Origin: an uncultured Syntrophobacterales bacterium
GTDB taxonomy: Bacteria > Desulfobacterota > Binatia > UBA9968 > JAJDTQ01
Direction of reading: 5' to 3'
DNA: 64,000 nt
Assembly: GCA_964630405.1 (NCBI GenBank)
Contig: CAZVUC010000056.1
Span: forward strand, 8,499 to 72,498
This document shows, in pieces, positions 38,118-47,131 of the stretch. Within the stretch, counting starts at the first letter, position 1. Each line of letters begins with the position of its first letter. Below the pieces are notes generated by a model. The model was not told the DNA's origin. It saw nothing but the letters and a program-made list of their open reading frames with translations, and made no database searches. Made by a program: the position numbers and the translations under genes.

Positions 38118-38149
38118 GGATCTGCGGTGATTCGGAAGGCTCCGCTATT

Positions 38150-39142
38150 CTACTTCCTTTTCAGGGCCTCCTTGAATATGTCTCCGTACTGGTCGATGAG
38201 GCCGTAGAAGCCTTCAAGCGTGGCGTCCCAGTCCTTGCCCACGACCACGGCAGGATTGGCCCTAAACTTCTTTAACGTGGCGAGCACCTCCGGATCCTTC
38301 ATCGCCGTGTTGAACGCCTTCTGCAGGACCGCCATGCGGTCCTCGGGCACTCCCGGCGGAGCCGTCACCACGCGGTGAGCGGCGAGGACCGCGAGCTGCG
38401 GAAAGCCCAACTCCCCCACGGTGGGGACGTCGGGGTACCTGGGAGTGCGCTTGTCCAGGTAGACCCATACGGGCCTCATCTGGCCATCCTCCACGAACAC
38501 CATCTGGCCCGGGGAGTCCAGCCCCAGCCCCCTGGCGTGGCCCTCCCCTTGGACGATTCCCATGTTGGCCGCGGGAGCACCCGGATAACCCAGGATGAAC
38601 TTCGCGTTGAACCCCATGACCTTGGATGTCAGCAGGTTGGTGATCCACCCGGTGGCGCCCACCCCCGTGCCCGTGAGCAGGACCTCCTTGGCGTCCTGGA
38701 AGTCCTTGAGGGTGTGGAACGGGGTCTTGGCGCCCACCGCGAATATGTAGGAACTGAACGTCATCCGTCCCAGCCAGGAGAACTCCCTCAGCTTGTAAAC
38801 CGGCTTGGGATCGTTGAACAATTCGGAGACGATCGCCCCGGGGATGTTGACGGTGCCGATGGTGTAGCCGTCGGGCTTGGACGCCCAGAGCAGGTTCCAG
38901 GCAATGGTTCCGCCGGCGCCCGGCCGGTTCCTGAGAATCACGTTGACGCCGAGGGCCTTCTTCATGCCGATGCTCACGGCGCGGCTGTGAAGATCGAACC
39001 CGCCCGCCGGGGCGTAGGGGATCAACCACGTGATGGTCTTGCCCTTCTCCGGCCAGGTCCCCTGGGCCAATGCGTCGCTCGCCGGAACGACCATCCCAAG
39101 GACGGCCAGCAAGCACCCTGTGCGTATCAGATTACGTAACAT
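38150..39142 (-). CDS. tctC: TctC/Bug-family solute receptor
   Basis: WPEKGKTITWLIPYAPAGGFD, NRPGAGG, PDVPT. AAGGAGG RBS. Confidence 0.9.
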   Translation of the reverse strand: MLRNLIRTGCLLAVLGMVVPASDALAQGTWPEKGKTITWLIPYAPAGGFDLHSRAVSIGMKKALGVNVILRNRPGAGGTIAWNLLWASKPDGYTIGTVNIPGAIVSELFNDPKPVYKLREFSWLGRMTFSSYIFAVGAKTPFHTLKDFQDAKEVLLTGTGVGATGWITNLLTSKVMGFNAKFILGYPGAPAANMGIVQGEGHARGLGLDSPGQMVFVEDGQMRPVWVYLDKRTPRYPDVPTVGELGFPQLAVLAAHRVVTAPPGVPEDRMAVLQKAFNTAMKDPEVLATLKKFRANPAVVVGKDWDATLEGFYGLIDQYGDIFKEALKRK

Positions 39143-39220
39143 CGGTACCTCCTTGCGAATCCGCCAATCATTCTTACTCGTTCGGTTCACTCTTGTTCGT
39201 ACGGCTACAGGTACGCGGAC

Positions 39221-40207
39221 TTACCTCTTCAGCGCCGCCTTGAAGACGTCGCCGTTGTCCTCGATCAGGCCGTAGAAATCATTGAGCATGTTGTTCCAGT
39301 CCTGACCGACCACGGGGTCGATCCGCGCCTTCATCCGCTTGAACCGCGACAACACGTCCGGGTCCTTGGTGGCCGCGTCGAACGCCTTTTGAAGTATGGC
39401 CAAGCGGTCCTTGGACATGCCCGGAGGAGCCGTCACGACCCGGTGGGAGGCAAGCACCGACAGGCCCGGATAGCCCAACTCTCCCACCGTGGGGACATCG
39501 GGGAAGTCCGGGTCGCGCTTGTCCAGGTAGACCCACATGGGCCTCAGGCGGCCATCATGGATGAAAGCCATCTGCCCGGGGGAGTCCAGGCCGAGAGGAC
39601 GGCCGTGGCCTTCGCCCTTGACGATGGCCAGGTTGGACGCCGGGGCGCTGGGATAGCCCAGGATATGCTTGAGGGGGAACTTCATGACCCTTGCCGACAG
39701 GGTTGCCGTAATCCAATCGGTGCCGCCCACCCCCGAACCCGTGGTGAGGAACTCCTTGGCCTTCTGCATGTCCTCGAGGGTCTTGAACGGCGAATCGGCG
39801 CCGACCGCGAATATATAGGGTCCGGCCGAGATCTGCCCGATCCAGGAGAACTCCTTCAACCGGTATTGCGGCTTGGGCTTGTCGAAAAGCTCGGAAATGA
39901 TGGCTCCGGGAATGTTGACGGTAGAGATCGTGTATCCGTCGGGCTTGGCGCCCCAGGTGAGGTTCCAGGCGATGTTTCCGCCCGCCCCGGGCCGGTTCCG
40001 GATGATGATGTTGACGCCGAGCGCCTTCTTCATGCCGATGATCATGGCCCGGCTGTGAAGGTCGAAACCGCCCGCCGGACCGTAGGGGATCAGCCAGGTG
40101 ATGGTCCTGCTCGGATATTTGTCCGCCGAAACCGCCGGACCCGGGAAAACGAGGGCCAGCGCGACGATTGCTGCCACAAACACTGTCGTAAGGCGTATTG
40201 CTCGCAT
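39221..40207 (-). CDS. tctC: TctC/Bug-family solute receptor, close paralogue of 35798-36781
   Basis: ADKYPSRTITWLIPYGPAGGFDLHSRAM shared with 35798-36781. AAGGAGG RBS; the ORF-track extension to 40780 is an artefact. Confidence 0.9.
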   Translation of the reverse strand: MRAIRLTTVFVAAIVALALVFPGPAVSADKYPSRTITWLIPYGPAGGFDLHSRAMIIGMKKALGVNIIIRNRPGAGGNIAWNLTWGAKPDGYTISTVNIPGAIISELFDKPKPQYRLKEFSWIGQISAGPYIFAVGADSPFKTLEDMQKAKEFLTTGSGVGGTDWITATLSARVMKFPLKHILGYPSAPASNLAIVKGEGHGRPLGLDSPGQMAFIHDGRLRPMWVYLDKRDPDFPDVPTVGELGYPGLSVLASHRVVTAPPGMSKDRLAILQKAFDAATKDPDVLSRFKRMKARIDPVVGQDWNNMLNDFYGLIEDNGDVFKAALKR

Positions 40208-40359
40208 GGGGACCTCCTTGGTCTGCTTGGCGTGGCCCCCGTATGCCACACGCGCGACGCGCCTGTCAACGTGAACAGGGACTCGCAACGCCGCGAAACA
40301 AAGGCTTCCGGGCCGGCCGGCGCAAACGGGAAAGGCGGTGAAGGAACTCCAGGCGGAGA

Positions 40360-40983
40360 TCAGGCGAGGCTCTTGAAGTAGCTGAGGTCCCCCTGCCCTT
40401 CGCGCAGGATCGCGATGGTGTCGTCGACAAGCGAAATGACGCTGGAGGCCAGTACCGGAAGGGTCCCGCACTCCATGATGAGGTCCACCCGGTGGCCGAA
40501 GATCCGTTCGAGATCCACCGGGTTGGTCACCACCTCCTCGTCGCTCTCGTTGGCGCTGGTGCTGACCACGGGGTTGCCGAGCTGCTCCACCAGCGCCAGC
40601 GGCACCGGGTGATCGGGAATCCGGATGCCCACGGTCTTCTGCTTGGACTGGAACACCCGGGGGGTTTCCTTGGTGGCGGTCAACACGAAGGTATAGGGGC
40701 CCGGAAGGAATCGCTTCAGTATCCGGTGCGCGAAGTTCGACACGCGGCCGTACCGGCTCACCTGCACCAGGTCCGAGCATACGAACGACATGGGTTTGTT
40801 GGCATCGCGCCCCTTGATGCGGCGGATACGTTCCACCGCCGCCTTGCTGGTGACGTCGCAGCCCAGGCCGTAGATGGTGTCCGTGGGATAGACGATGACG
40901 CCGTCGCGCTTCAGCACCTCGACGGCGCGGTCCACGTGCCGTCCCTTCAGGTGCTGGGGGTCGATGCTCAGAGTCGTGGCCAT
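40360..40983 (-). CDS. Sua5/YciO/YrdC-family (threonylcarbamoyl-AMP synthase-like) protein
   Basis: VIVYPTDTIYGLGC, IRRIKGR, LPGPYTFVL, VGIRIPDHP and STSAN motifs. Confidence 0.9.
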   Translation of the reverse strand: MATTLSIDPQHLKGRHVDRAVEVLKRDGVIVYPTDTIYGLGCDVTSKAAVERIRRIKGRDANKPMSFVCSDLVQVSRYGRVSNFAHRILKRFLPGPYTFVLTATKETPRVFQSKQKTVGIRIPDHPVPLALVEQLGNPVVSTSANESDEEVVTNPVDLERIFGHRVDLIMECGTLPVLASSVISLVDDTIAILREGQGDLSYFKSLA

Positions 40984-41002
40984 GGAGAACTCCGGTGCGG
41001 AT

Positions 41003-42082
41003 TCAAGGAGAAGACACGTCGGTCCGCCGCGTCATGAAGAGATCCGCCGGCAGCCGCGTGCCGAGTTTTCGTTTCCGGGCCTCCTGCAGCACCAGGTGGC
41101 CGATGGCGGCGAACTGGACGCCCATGCCGCAGTTGTTGTTGTGGTGGGTGATCTCCGAGGCGGTGGTGCGGCCGGCGATGTTGCCGATGACCAGGTCGCC
41201 CAACTCGTGGATCTGCTCCCAGCCGATAATGCCCTTCCTGATCGGCGACATCAGCTCGGGCTGCTCGTCGATCTCCACCTGCTCCTTGGAGTTCACCACG
41301 ATGAGGTCGCAGTTCTCGATGGCGGCGTCGTCCAGCTCCCGGCGCTTGTCGAACCAGTCCGGGCCGATCATGGAGACGACGTGCGTGCCGGGCTCCAGCA
41401 GGTCGCCGTCGAACACCGGATCGCCGGAGTTGGTGGCGGTGACCACGATGTCCGAATCGTGGACCACCTCCTCGGGGCGCCGGACGGCCCGGGCCTTGAC
41501 GCCGTAGCGCTCGGTCACCTCCCTGGCGAAGCGCTGGCGGTTCTCCTCCCGCAGCGAGAACACCTTGACCTCCCGAATCTTCCGCACCGCGCAAAAGGCC
41601 GACACCTGGCCGTGGGCCTGGGTGCCGCTGCCGAAGATGCCCAGCACCGACGCGTCCTCCCGCGCCAGGTACTTCGCCGCCACCGCGCTGGTGGCCCCGA
41701 CCCGCAGCGCCGACAGGTAGTGGTCGTGGACGATGCCCTTGAGGGCCCGCTCCTTGATGCTGAACAGCATCACGAAGCCGGCGAAGTCGCCGGGGAACTC
41801 CATGCGGCTGGCGCCGTCGACGTTCCGGAAGCGGATCTGGGACGAATCGAGACGCACCGCGGCCGTGTCGAAGGCCGGCACCGCCCCGGGAATGACGTTC
41901 AGCCAGTACCAGGTGCGCTCCAGGCCCTCCTGCGGCATGTGCAGCCGGCGCCGGGGCATACCCTCGGCGATCTTCCGGCCAAGCTCTCCGTACGCCGTCT
42001 CCACCGCCTCCACGATCTCCCCCATGTCGAGGAGACCCTCCATGTCTTCGTTGGTCAGGACCAGCACGTCCTCGTCAGCCAT
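41003..42082 (-). CDS. Ornithine cyclodeaminase/mu-crystallin family (imine reductase-like)
   Basis: ALRVGATSAVAAKYLAR, GIFGSGTQA, DIVVTATNS and GMGVQFAA motifs. Confidence 0.88.
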   Translation of the reverse strand: MADEDVLVLTNEDMEGLLDMGEIVEAVETAYGELGRKIAEGMPRRRLHMPQEGLERTWYWLNVIPGAVPAFDTAAVRLDSSQIRFRNVDGASRMEFPGDFAGFVMLFSIKERALKGIVHDHYLSALRVGATSAVAAKYLAREDASVLGIFGSGTQAHGQVSAFCAVRKIREVKVFSLREENRQRFAREVTERYGVKARAVRRPEEVVHDSDIVVTATNSGDPVFDGDLLEPGTHVVSMIGPDWFDKRRELDDAAIENCDLIVVNSKEQVEIDEQPELMSPIRKGIIGWEQIHELGDLVIGNIAGRTTASEITHHNNNCGMGVQFAAIGHLVLQEARKRKLGTRLPADLFMTRRTDVSSP

Positions 42083-42153
42083 CAAGAACCCCTTGTCTAC
42101 CCGCTCCCCGGAGTTTCCAGCCGCGTATGTCCAGCGTGCACCTCGACGCGACC

Positions 42154-42183
42154 TTGTGTCAGTTCAACGACTTACGGTAGACT
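42154..42183 (+). promoter_or_regulatory. Candidate sigma70 promoter for the Opp-type operon
   Basis: TTGTGT-N18-TAGACT, 26 nt upstream of ATG 42210. Confidence 0.45.
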
Positions 42184-42209
42184 GACGGTTTGTTCCCGTC
42201 AAGCCGACG

Positions 42210-44003
42210 ATGTTTCGACTCACGAAATCCGTACTCGTTCTCGCGGCAGCCGCAACGGTTCTGAGTCTGGCGGCCCCCGAAACGCTCTATTCCCGCGACC
42301 TTGAGCTGGTTGACCGGCTGAAGCAGAACGCCGCCGAGTTCCGCTACGAAATCGGCAAGCCTGGGGGAACGCTCACCTACTCGACGATCTCCGGCCCCAA
42401 GACGTTCAATCTGGCCATTTCCACCGAGACGTCATCGAGCGAGATTCTCGCCTACGTGTTCGAAGGGCTGGTCGAGACTTCCTGGCTGACCGCGGAGGTC
42501 GAGCCCAGCCTCGCGGAGCGCTGGGAGTCGTCCGAGGACGGCCTTGTCTGGACGTTTTTCCTCCGCAAGGGCGTGAAGTGGGCCGATGGAGCGCCGTTCT
42601 CCGCGGACGACGTCATCTTCACGTTCTCGAAAATCATCTACAACGACGACATCCCCGCCTCGGCCCGGCCCGGTCTCACCATCCGCTATCACGACGCCGC
42701 GACGCAGACCTGGAAAAAAGGCCAGGTCAAGGCCGAGAAGATCGGCCCGCACACCGTGAGGTTCACCCTGCCGGTGCCGTTCGCGCCCTTCCTCCGGAGC
42801 ATGGAGACCTCCATCTATCCCAGACACATCCTGGAACGGCACGTGGACGACGGCACTTTCACCTCCACCTGGGACGTGGGCACCGAGCCCGGGGACATCA
42901 TCGGCACCGGGCCCTTCACCATTGAACGCTACGACGTGGGGGAGCGCATCGTCCTCAAGCGCAACCCGCGGTACTGGCAACGGGACACGGCCGGAAACCC
43001 CCTGCCCTACCTCGACCGGATCATCTACCTGGTGGTACCCAACCTGGCTACCTCGCTCTTGAAATTCCAGGCTGGTGAGACCGACATACTGAACGTCACC
43101 GGCGAGCACTTCCCGATCCTGAAACCGCAGGAGGCGGCCAAGAAGTTCACTCTGTACAAGAGGGGACCGAACTTCGGGACCACCTTCCTCGCTCTCAACA
43201 TGAACGCCGGCAAGAATCCCAAGAACGATGCGCCCTTCGTCGATCCCGTCAAGCTGGGGTGGTTCCGCACACTAGCCTTCAGGAAGGCCTTGGCCCACAG
43301 CATCGACAAGGACAGCATCATCGACAACGTCATGAACGGCCTCGGCTATCCGCAGTGGGCCGCCGTCAGCCCCGCGGCCGGCGACTTCCACAACCCGAAT
43401 GTGGCCCGTTATCCCTACGACATCGACAAAGCCAACGCCCTGCTCGACGGCTTGGGCTGGTTCGACGGCGACGGCGACGGCGTACGGGAAGACGCCGAAG
43501 GCAACAACATCGTGTTCAACCTTGCGACCAACTCCGGCAACACGGTGCGGGAACGGGTGTGCACGATCATGAAGCAGGACCTGGCCAGAATCGGCATCCG
43601 GGTGAACCTGCGGTTTCTGGAGTTCAACACCCTCGTATCCCAACTCACCAGCACCTACGACTGGGAAGCCATCGTCATCGGCTTCACGGGCGGCGTGGAA
43701 CCCCATCACGGCATCAATTTCTGGCATTCCGGCGAACGGCTTCACCTATGGTTCCCGAACCAGGAGGAACCCGCCACCGAGTGGGAAAGGCGGATCGACG
43801 AGCTCTTCGTGAGCGGCAGCCGCGAGCTGGACCACGAAAAGCGGGTTGCCATCTACCACGAGTTCCAGAAGATCGCGTCCGACAACGTACCCGTGGTCTA
43901 TACCGCCTTGGCCGAACGCATCACGGCCATAGGCAATCGTTTCGCCAATGTCACGCCGACCCTGTTCGGGCTGTTCGATGTACGGCGACTCTACGTGAAG
44001 TGA
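42210..44003 (+). CDS. ABC substrate-binding protein, family 5 (OppA/DppA-like)
   Basis: PKTFN, EGLVE..LAERWE, LRKGVKWADGAPFSADDVIFT, IIGTGPF, FRKALAHSID motifs. Confidence 0.92.
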   Translation: MFRLTKSVLVLAAAATVLSLAAPETLYSRDLELVDRLKQNAAEFRYEIGKPGGTLTYSTISGPKTFNLAISTETSSSEILAYVFEGLVETSWLTAEVEPSLAERWESSEDGLVWTFFLRKGVKWADGAPFSADDVIFTFSKIIYNDDIPASARPGLTIRYHDAATQTWKKGQVKAEKIGPHTVRFTLPVPFAPFLRSMETSIYPRHILERHVDDGTFTSTWDVGTEPGDIIGTGPFTIERYDVGERIVLKRNPRYWQRDTAGNPLPYLDRIIYLVVPNLATSLLKFQAGETDILNVTGEHFPILKPQEAAKKFTLYKRGPNFGTTFLALNMNAGKNPKNDAPFVDPVKLGWFRTLAFRKALAHSIDKDSIIDNVMNGLGYPQWAAVSPAAGDFHNPNVARYPYDIDKANALLDGLGWFDGDGDGVREDAEGNNIVFNLATNSGNTVRERVCTIMKQDLARIGIRVNLRFLEFNTLVSQLTSTYDWEAIVIGFTGGVEPHHGINFWHSGERLHLWFPNQEEPATEWERRIDELFVSGSRELDHEKRVAIYHEFQKIASDNVPVVYTALAERITAIGNRFANVTPTLFGLFDVRRLYVK

Positions 44004-44057
44004 TCCGTATTCCGTGCTGTTACGCGACGACCTCGCGCAGGCCCGAACGGTCCGACC

Positions 44058-45923
44058 ATGACGACCTACATCGTACGGCGGCTGCTGATAACGATTCCGT
44101 CACTCTTCGGCCTGACCTTCGTGATCTTCATGATCATCCAGATCGCCCCGGGGGACTATTTCGACCAGTGGGCGCTCCAGCCCGACCTCGATCAGCGGCA
44201 ACTGCGCCAGTGGAAACGCGAGTTCGGCGCTGACAAGGGCTGGGGCAACCAATACCTGCGGTGGTTGCGCGGCGTGTTGTTCGACGTTCGTTTCGCCCGC
44301 GAGCGCGTTCGCATCGTCGACTTCGAATACTCCGATCTGGCCGCCAACCGTAAAGCCTACAAGATCTCCGGCAACGCCACGCCTATCCTTGTCCCGCAAG
44401 CGGACGGCACATTCGGACTCGGGTTCAACTTCGACGCGGCCGGAGGTGTCGGTGTATTGCGAAAGACGGACAACCCCAACACCGCAGGTCAACGCGCCTG
44501 GAACCATTGGTCGGGGGATGAGTTCCATGCCATCGAAATGGACCTGCGCAATGACCGGGTTCACGGCGCGGACATCTTCCTGCGCATCCAGGACAGGGAC
44601 GGAAAGACGTTCCAGGAACGCCGATCCGTCGCCGCCGACGAACCGGTCTCGGTGGCGCTGACAGACGCCGACTACGCCCGCTTCGGAGTGGACCGGAAGC
44701 GGCTCAAGGGGGTGTTTCTCTTTGCGCGGCAACGCGGCGGAAGACCCGCGGTGATGGAGGTCACCTATCATGCCGGAAAGGCGTTGTTGGCCACGGCGCG
44801 TCACGCCCTCGACCCGACACGGCGCCTGGCCCTCGTCCGCGGTGCGTTCCCACCCGGGCTGGCGGAACCGGGCCGCTGCGACCGCGTGACCTTCAGGATC
44901 ATCCCGGAACCGCCGGTACGCATGACGGCGACCGTGGCCTTCCGGGATGCGGACTCGAACGCCTACACCACCAAGTTGCGCCTGGCCGGCAACGTCACGA
45001 CGTCGTTGTCGGTCGACCTGGCCGAGCTCCACGCGGCGGGCGTGGACACCGCGCGCATGGGTTCCATCTCGTTCCGCAGCGACGTCCCGGGATCCCTTTT
45101 CGTGGACGAGATCCGGCTCGTGAAGGCCGGCAGCGGCTTCCACATCGGCATGCCCGATTTCGGCAAGTCCATCGCCAACCGCCAGCCCGTGTGGACCACC
45201 ATGTGGCCCTTTCTCAAGAACACCATGCTGCTGAACGTCCTGGCCATTCTCTTCACCTGGCTTCTGTCGCTACCCATCGGGATCTACTCGGCCACGCATC
45301 CCTATTCCTGGAGCGACAAGGCGTTCGGCTTCATGGCTTACATGGGCTTGGCGATTCCCTCTTTCTTCTTCGCGCTGTTGCTGCTCTATGCCGTAACCCT
45401 GACCTACGATTTCAACCCCAACAACCCGTTTTACGAATGGCTTCCCATCGGCGGGCTCACGTCGGCGAACTACCATGAGCTCGATACGTGGGGACGGATG
45501 ATGGACGTGGCCCGTCACCTGGTGCTTCCCGTGATCGTGCTCGGAACCGGCTCCATGGCGGCGCTCGTCCGCGTGCTGCGAGCGGAGTTTCTCGACAAGA
45601 GCCACATGCAGTTCGTCGTCACCGCACGGGCCAAGGGCCTCTCCAACGCCATGGTCAACTACAAGCACATCCTGAGGAACGCCATCACCCCGTTCGTGGC
45701 GGGCTTCGGCTCCCTGCTGCCGACCATCATCGGCGGCTCGGCCCTGGTGGAGATCGTTTTCGGCTACCCCGGTATCGGGCAACTGATGCTTACAGCGGTG
45801 CGTTCCTACGACATCTACGTCGTAATGGCCAGTTCCCTCGCCGGCGGGCTGTTGCTGATCATCGGCAACCTGCTCGCCGACATCCTGCTGGCCTGGGTCG
45901 ACCCGCGGATCAGTTACAGGTAG
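44058..45923 (+). CDS. OppB/DppB-like permease with a ~290-aa insertion of two CBM-like domains
   Basis: YIVRRLL..IFMIIQIAPGD, YLRWL, DFGKS, an EAA loop (FVVTARAKGLS) and VDPRISY. Confidence 0.88.
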   Translation: MTTYIVRRLLITIPSLFGLTFVIFMIIQIAPGDYFDQWALQPDLDQRQLRQWKREFGADKGWGNQYLRWLRGVLFDVRFARERVRIVDFEYSDLAANRKAYKISGNATPILVPQADGTFGLGFNFDAAGGVGVLRKTDNPNTAGQRAWNHWSGDEFHAIEMDLRNDRVHGADIFLRIQDRDGKTFQERRSVAADEPVSVALTDADYARFGVDRKRLKGVFLFARQRGGRPAVMEVTYHAGKALLATARHALDPTRRLALVRGAFPPGLAEPGRCDRVTFRIIPEPPVRMTATVAFRDADSNAYTTKLRLAGNVTTSLSVDLAELHAAGVDTARMGSISFRSDVPGSLFVDEIRLVKAGSGFHIGMPDFGKSIANRQPVWTTMWPFLKNTMLLNVLAILFTWLLSLPIGIYSATHPYSWSDKAFGFMAYMGLAIPSFFFALLLLYAVTLTYDFNPNNPFYEWLPIGGLTSANYHELDTWGRMMDVARHLVLPVIVLGTGSMAALVRVLRAEFLDKSHMQFVVTARAKGLSNAMVNYKHILRNAITPFVAGFGSLLPTIIGGSALVEIVFGYPGIGQLMLTAVRSYDIYVVMASSLAGGLLLIIGNLLADILLAWVDPRISYR

Positions 45924-45928
45924 TTTCC

Positions 45929-47086
45929 ATGCCCCCCGATACGGACAACGGCGGCCGCCAAAAACGCAAGACACCCGGATCCAACTCTCCATTGCGGCGC
46001 GCCGTCTCCCGCCTCCGGCGCAACCGTCTCGCCATGCTTGGATTCTGGATCCTGGTGGTCCTCTACGGCGCAGCCATCTTCGCGGATTTCCTCGCCCCGC
46101 ACCATTACGCCACCAGCGCCCGCAAGAAGGCCTATCATCCGCCCATGGTCACCTGGGTCCATGTCTTGGACGAGGACGGGTTGAGATGGCCCTACATCCG
46201 CAACAGCGCCTTCGAGTTCGACGAGAACCAGCGCAAGGTCTACCGCGAGTTGCCCGGCGCCACCTATCCCATCGGGTTCTTCGTCACCGGAGACCGCTAC
46301 CGTTTCCTGGGACTCATCGAAACCCGGCTGCACCTGTTCGGCTTGCGCGGCGTGGAAGAGTTCACCGACAGCGACCCGAACCGGCCCATGCTCTTCCTGC
46401 TCGGCTCGGACAGTTTCGGCCGCGATGTCCTTTCCCGCCTGTTGTACGGCAGCCGCGTGTCGCTGTCGGTGGGGCTGGTCGGGGTGGCCATCACGTTCGT
46501 CCTGGGCATGCTGATCGGCGGCGCTTCCGGTTATTTCGGAGGCCGTACGGACATGGTGATTCAGCGGCTGTGCGAGATGCTGATGATGATGCCGGGTTTC
46601 TATCTTCTCCTGGCGCTACGTGCGGCGATTCCGGCGGACTGGTCGTCCTTCGAGACTTACCTGGCCATCGTGGTCATACTGAGCTTCATCGGCTGGGCCA
46701 GCCTCGCCCGGATCGTCCGCGGACTCGTGCTCTCCATCAGCGAGATGGACTACGTCGCCAGCGCGCGCGCCATGGGCGTTCCCCATTCACGCATCATCAT
46801 CCGCCACGTGTTGCCCAACACGTTCTCGTACGCCATCGTCGCCGCGACCATGTCCATACCAGGCTACATCCTCGGGGAATCCGGCCTGAGCCTCATCGGC
46901 CTCGGTATCCAGGATCCCGAGGCTTCCTGGGGCAACATGCTGGCCCTGGCCATGGACATCGCGCAGATCCGCTTCCACCCGTGGATCCTGATCCCCGGCG
47001 TCCTGATCTTCATCACCGTCATGGCGTTCAACTACGTCGGTGACGGTCTTCGGGACGCGCTGGATCCCCACGGCGTCCAGCAGTGA
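45929..47086 (+). CDS. OppC/DppC-like permease
   Basis: RLRRNRLAMLG, LLGSDSFGRDVLSRLLYGSRVSL, YVASARAMG and GDGLRDALDP motifs. Confidence 0.92.
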   Translation: MPPDTDNGGRQKRKTPGSNSPLRRAVSRLRRNRLAMLGFWILVVLYGAAIFADFLAPHHYATSARKKAYHPPMVTWVHVLDEDGLRWPYIRNSAFEFDENQRKVYRELPGATYPIGFFVTGDRYRFLGLIETRLHLFGLRGVEEFTDSDPNRPMLFLLGSDSFGRDVLSRLLYGSRVSLSVGLVGVAITFVLGMLIGGASGYFGGRTDMVIQRLCEMLMMMPGFYLLLALRAAIPADWSSFETYLAIVVILSFIGWASLARIVRGLVLSISEMDYVASARAMGVPHSRIIIRHVLPNTFSYAIVAATMSIPGYILGESGLSLIGLGIQDPEASWGNMLALAMDIAQIRFHPWILIPGVLIFITVMAFNYVGDGLRDALDPHGVQQ

Positions 47087-47131
47087 CTCTTTCGCGTTGT
47101 TGTGAGCCCGTAGGTGGTGCGACGCGGAGCC

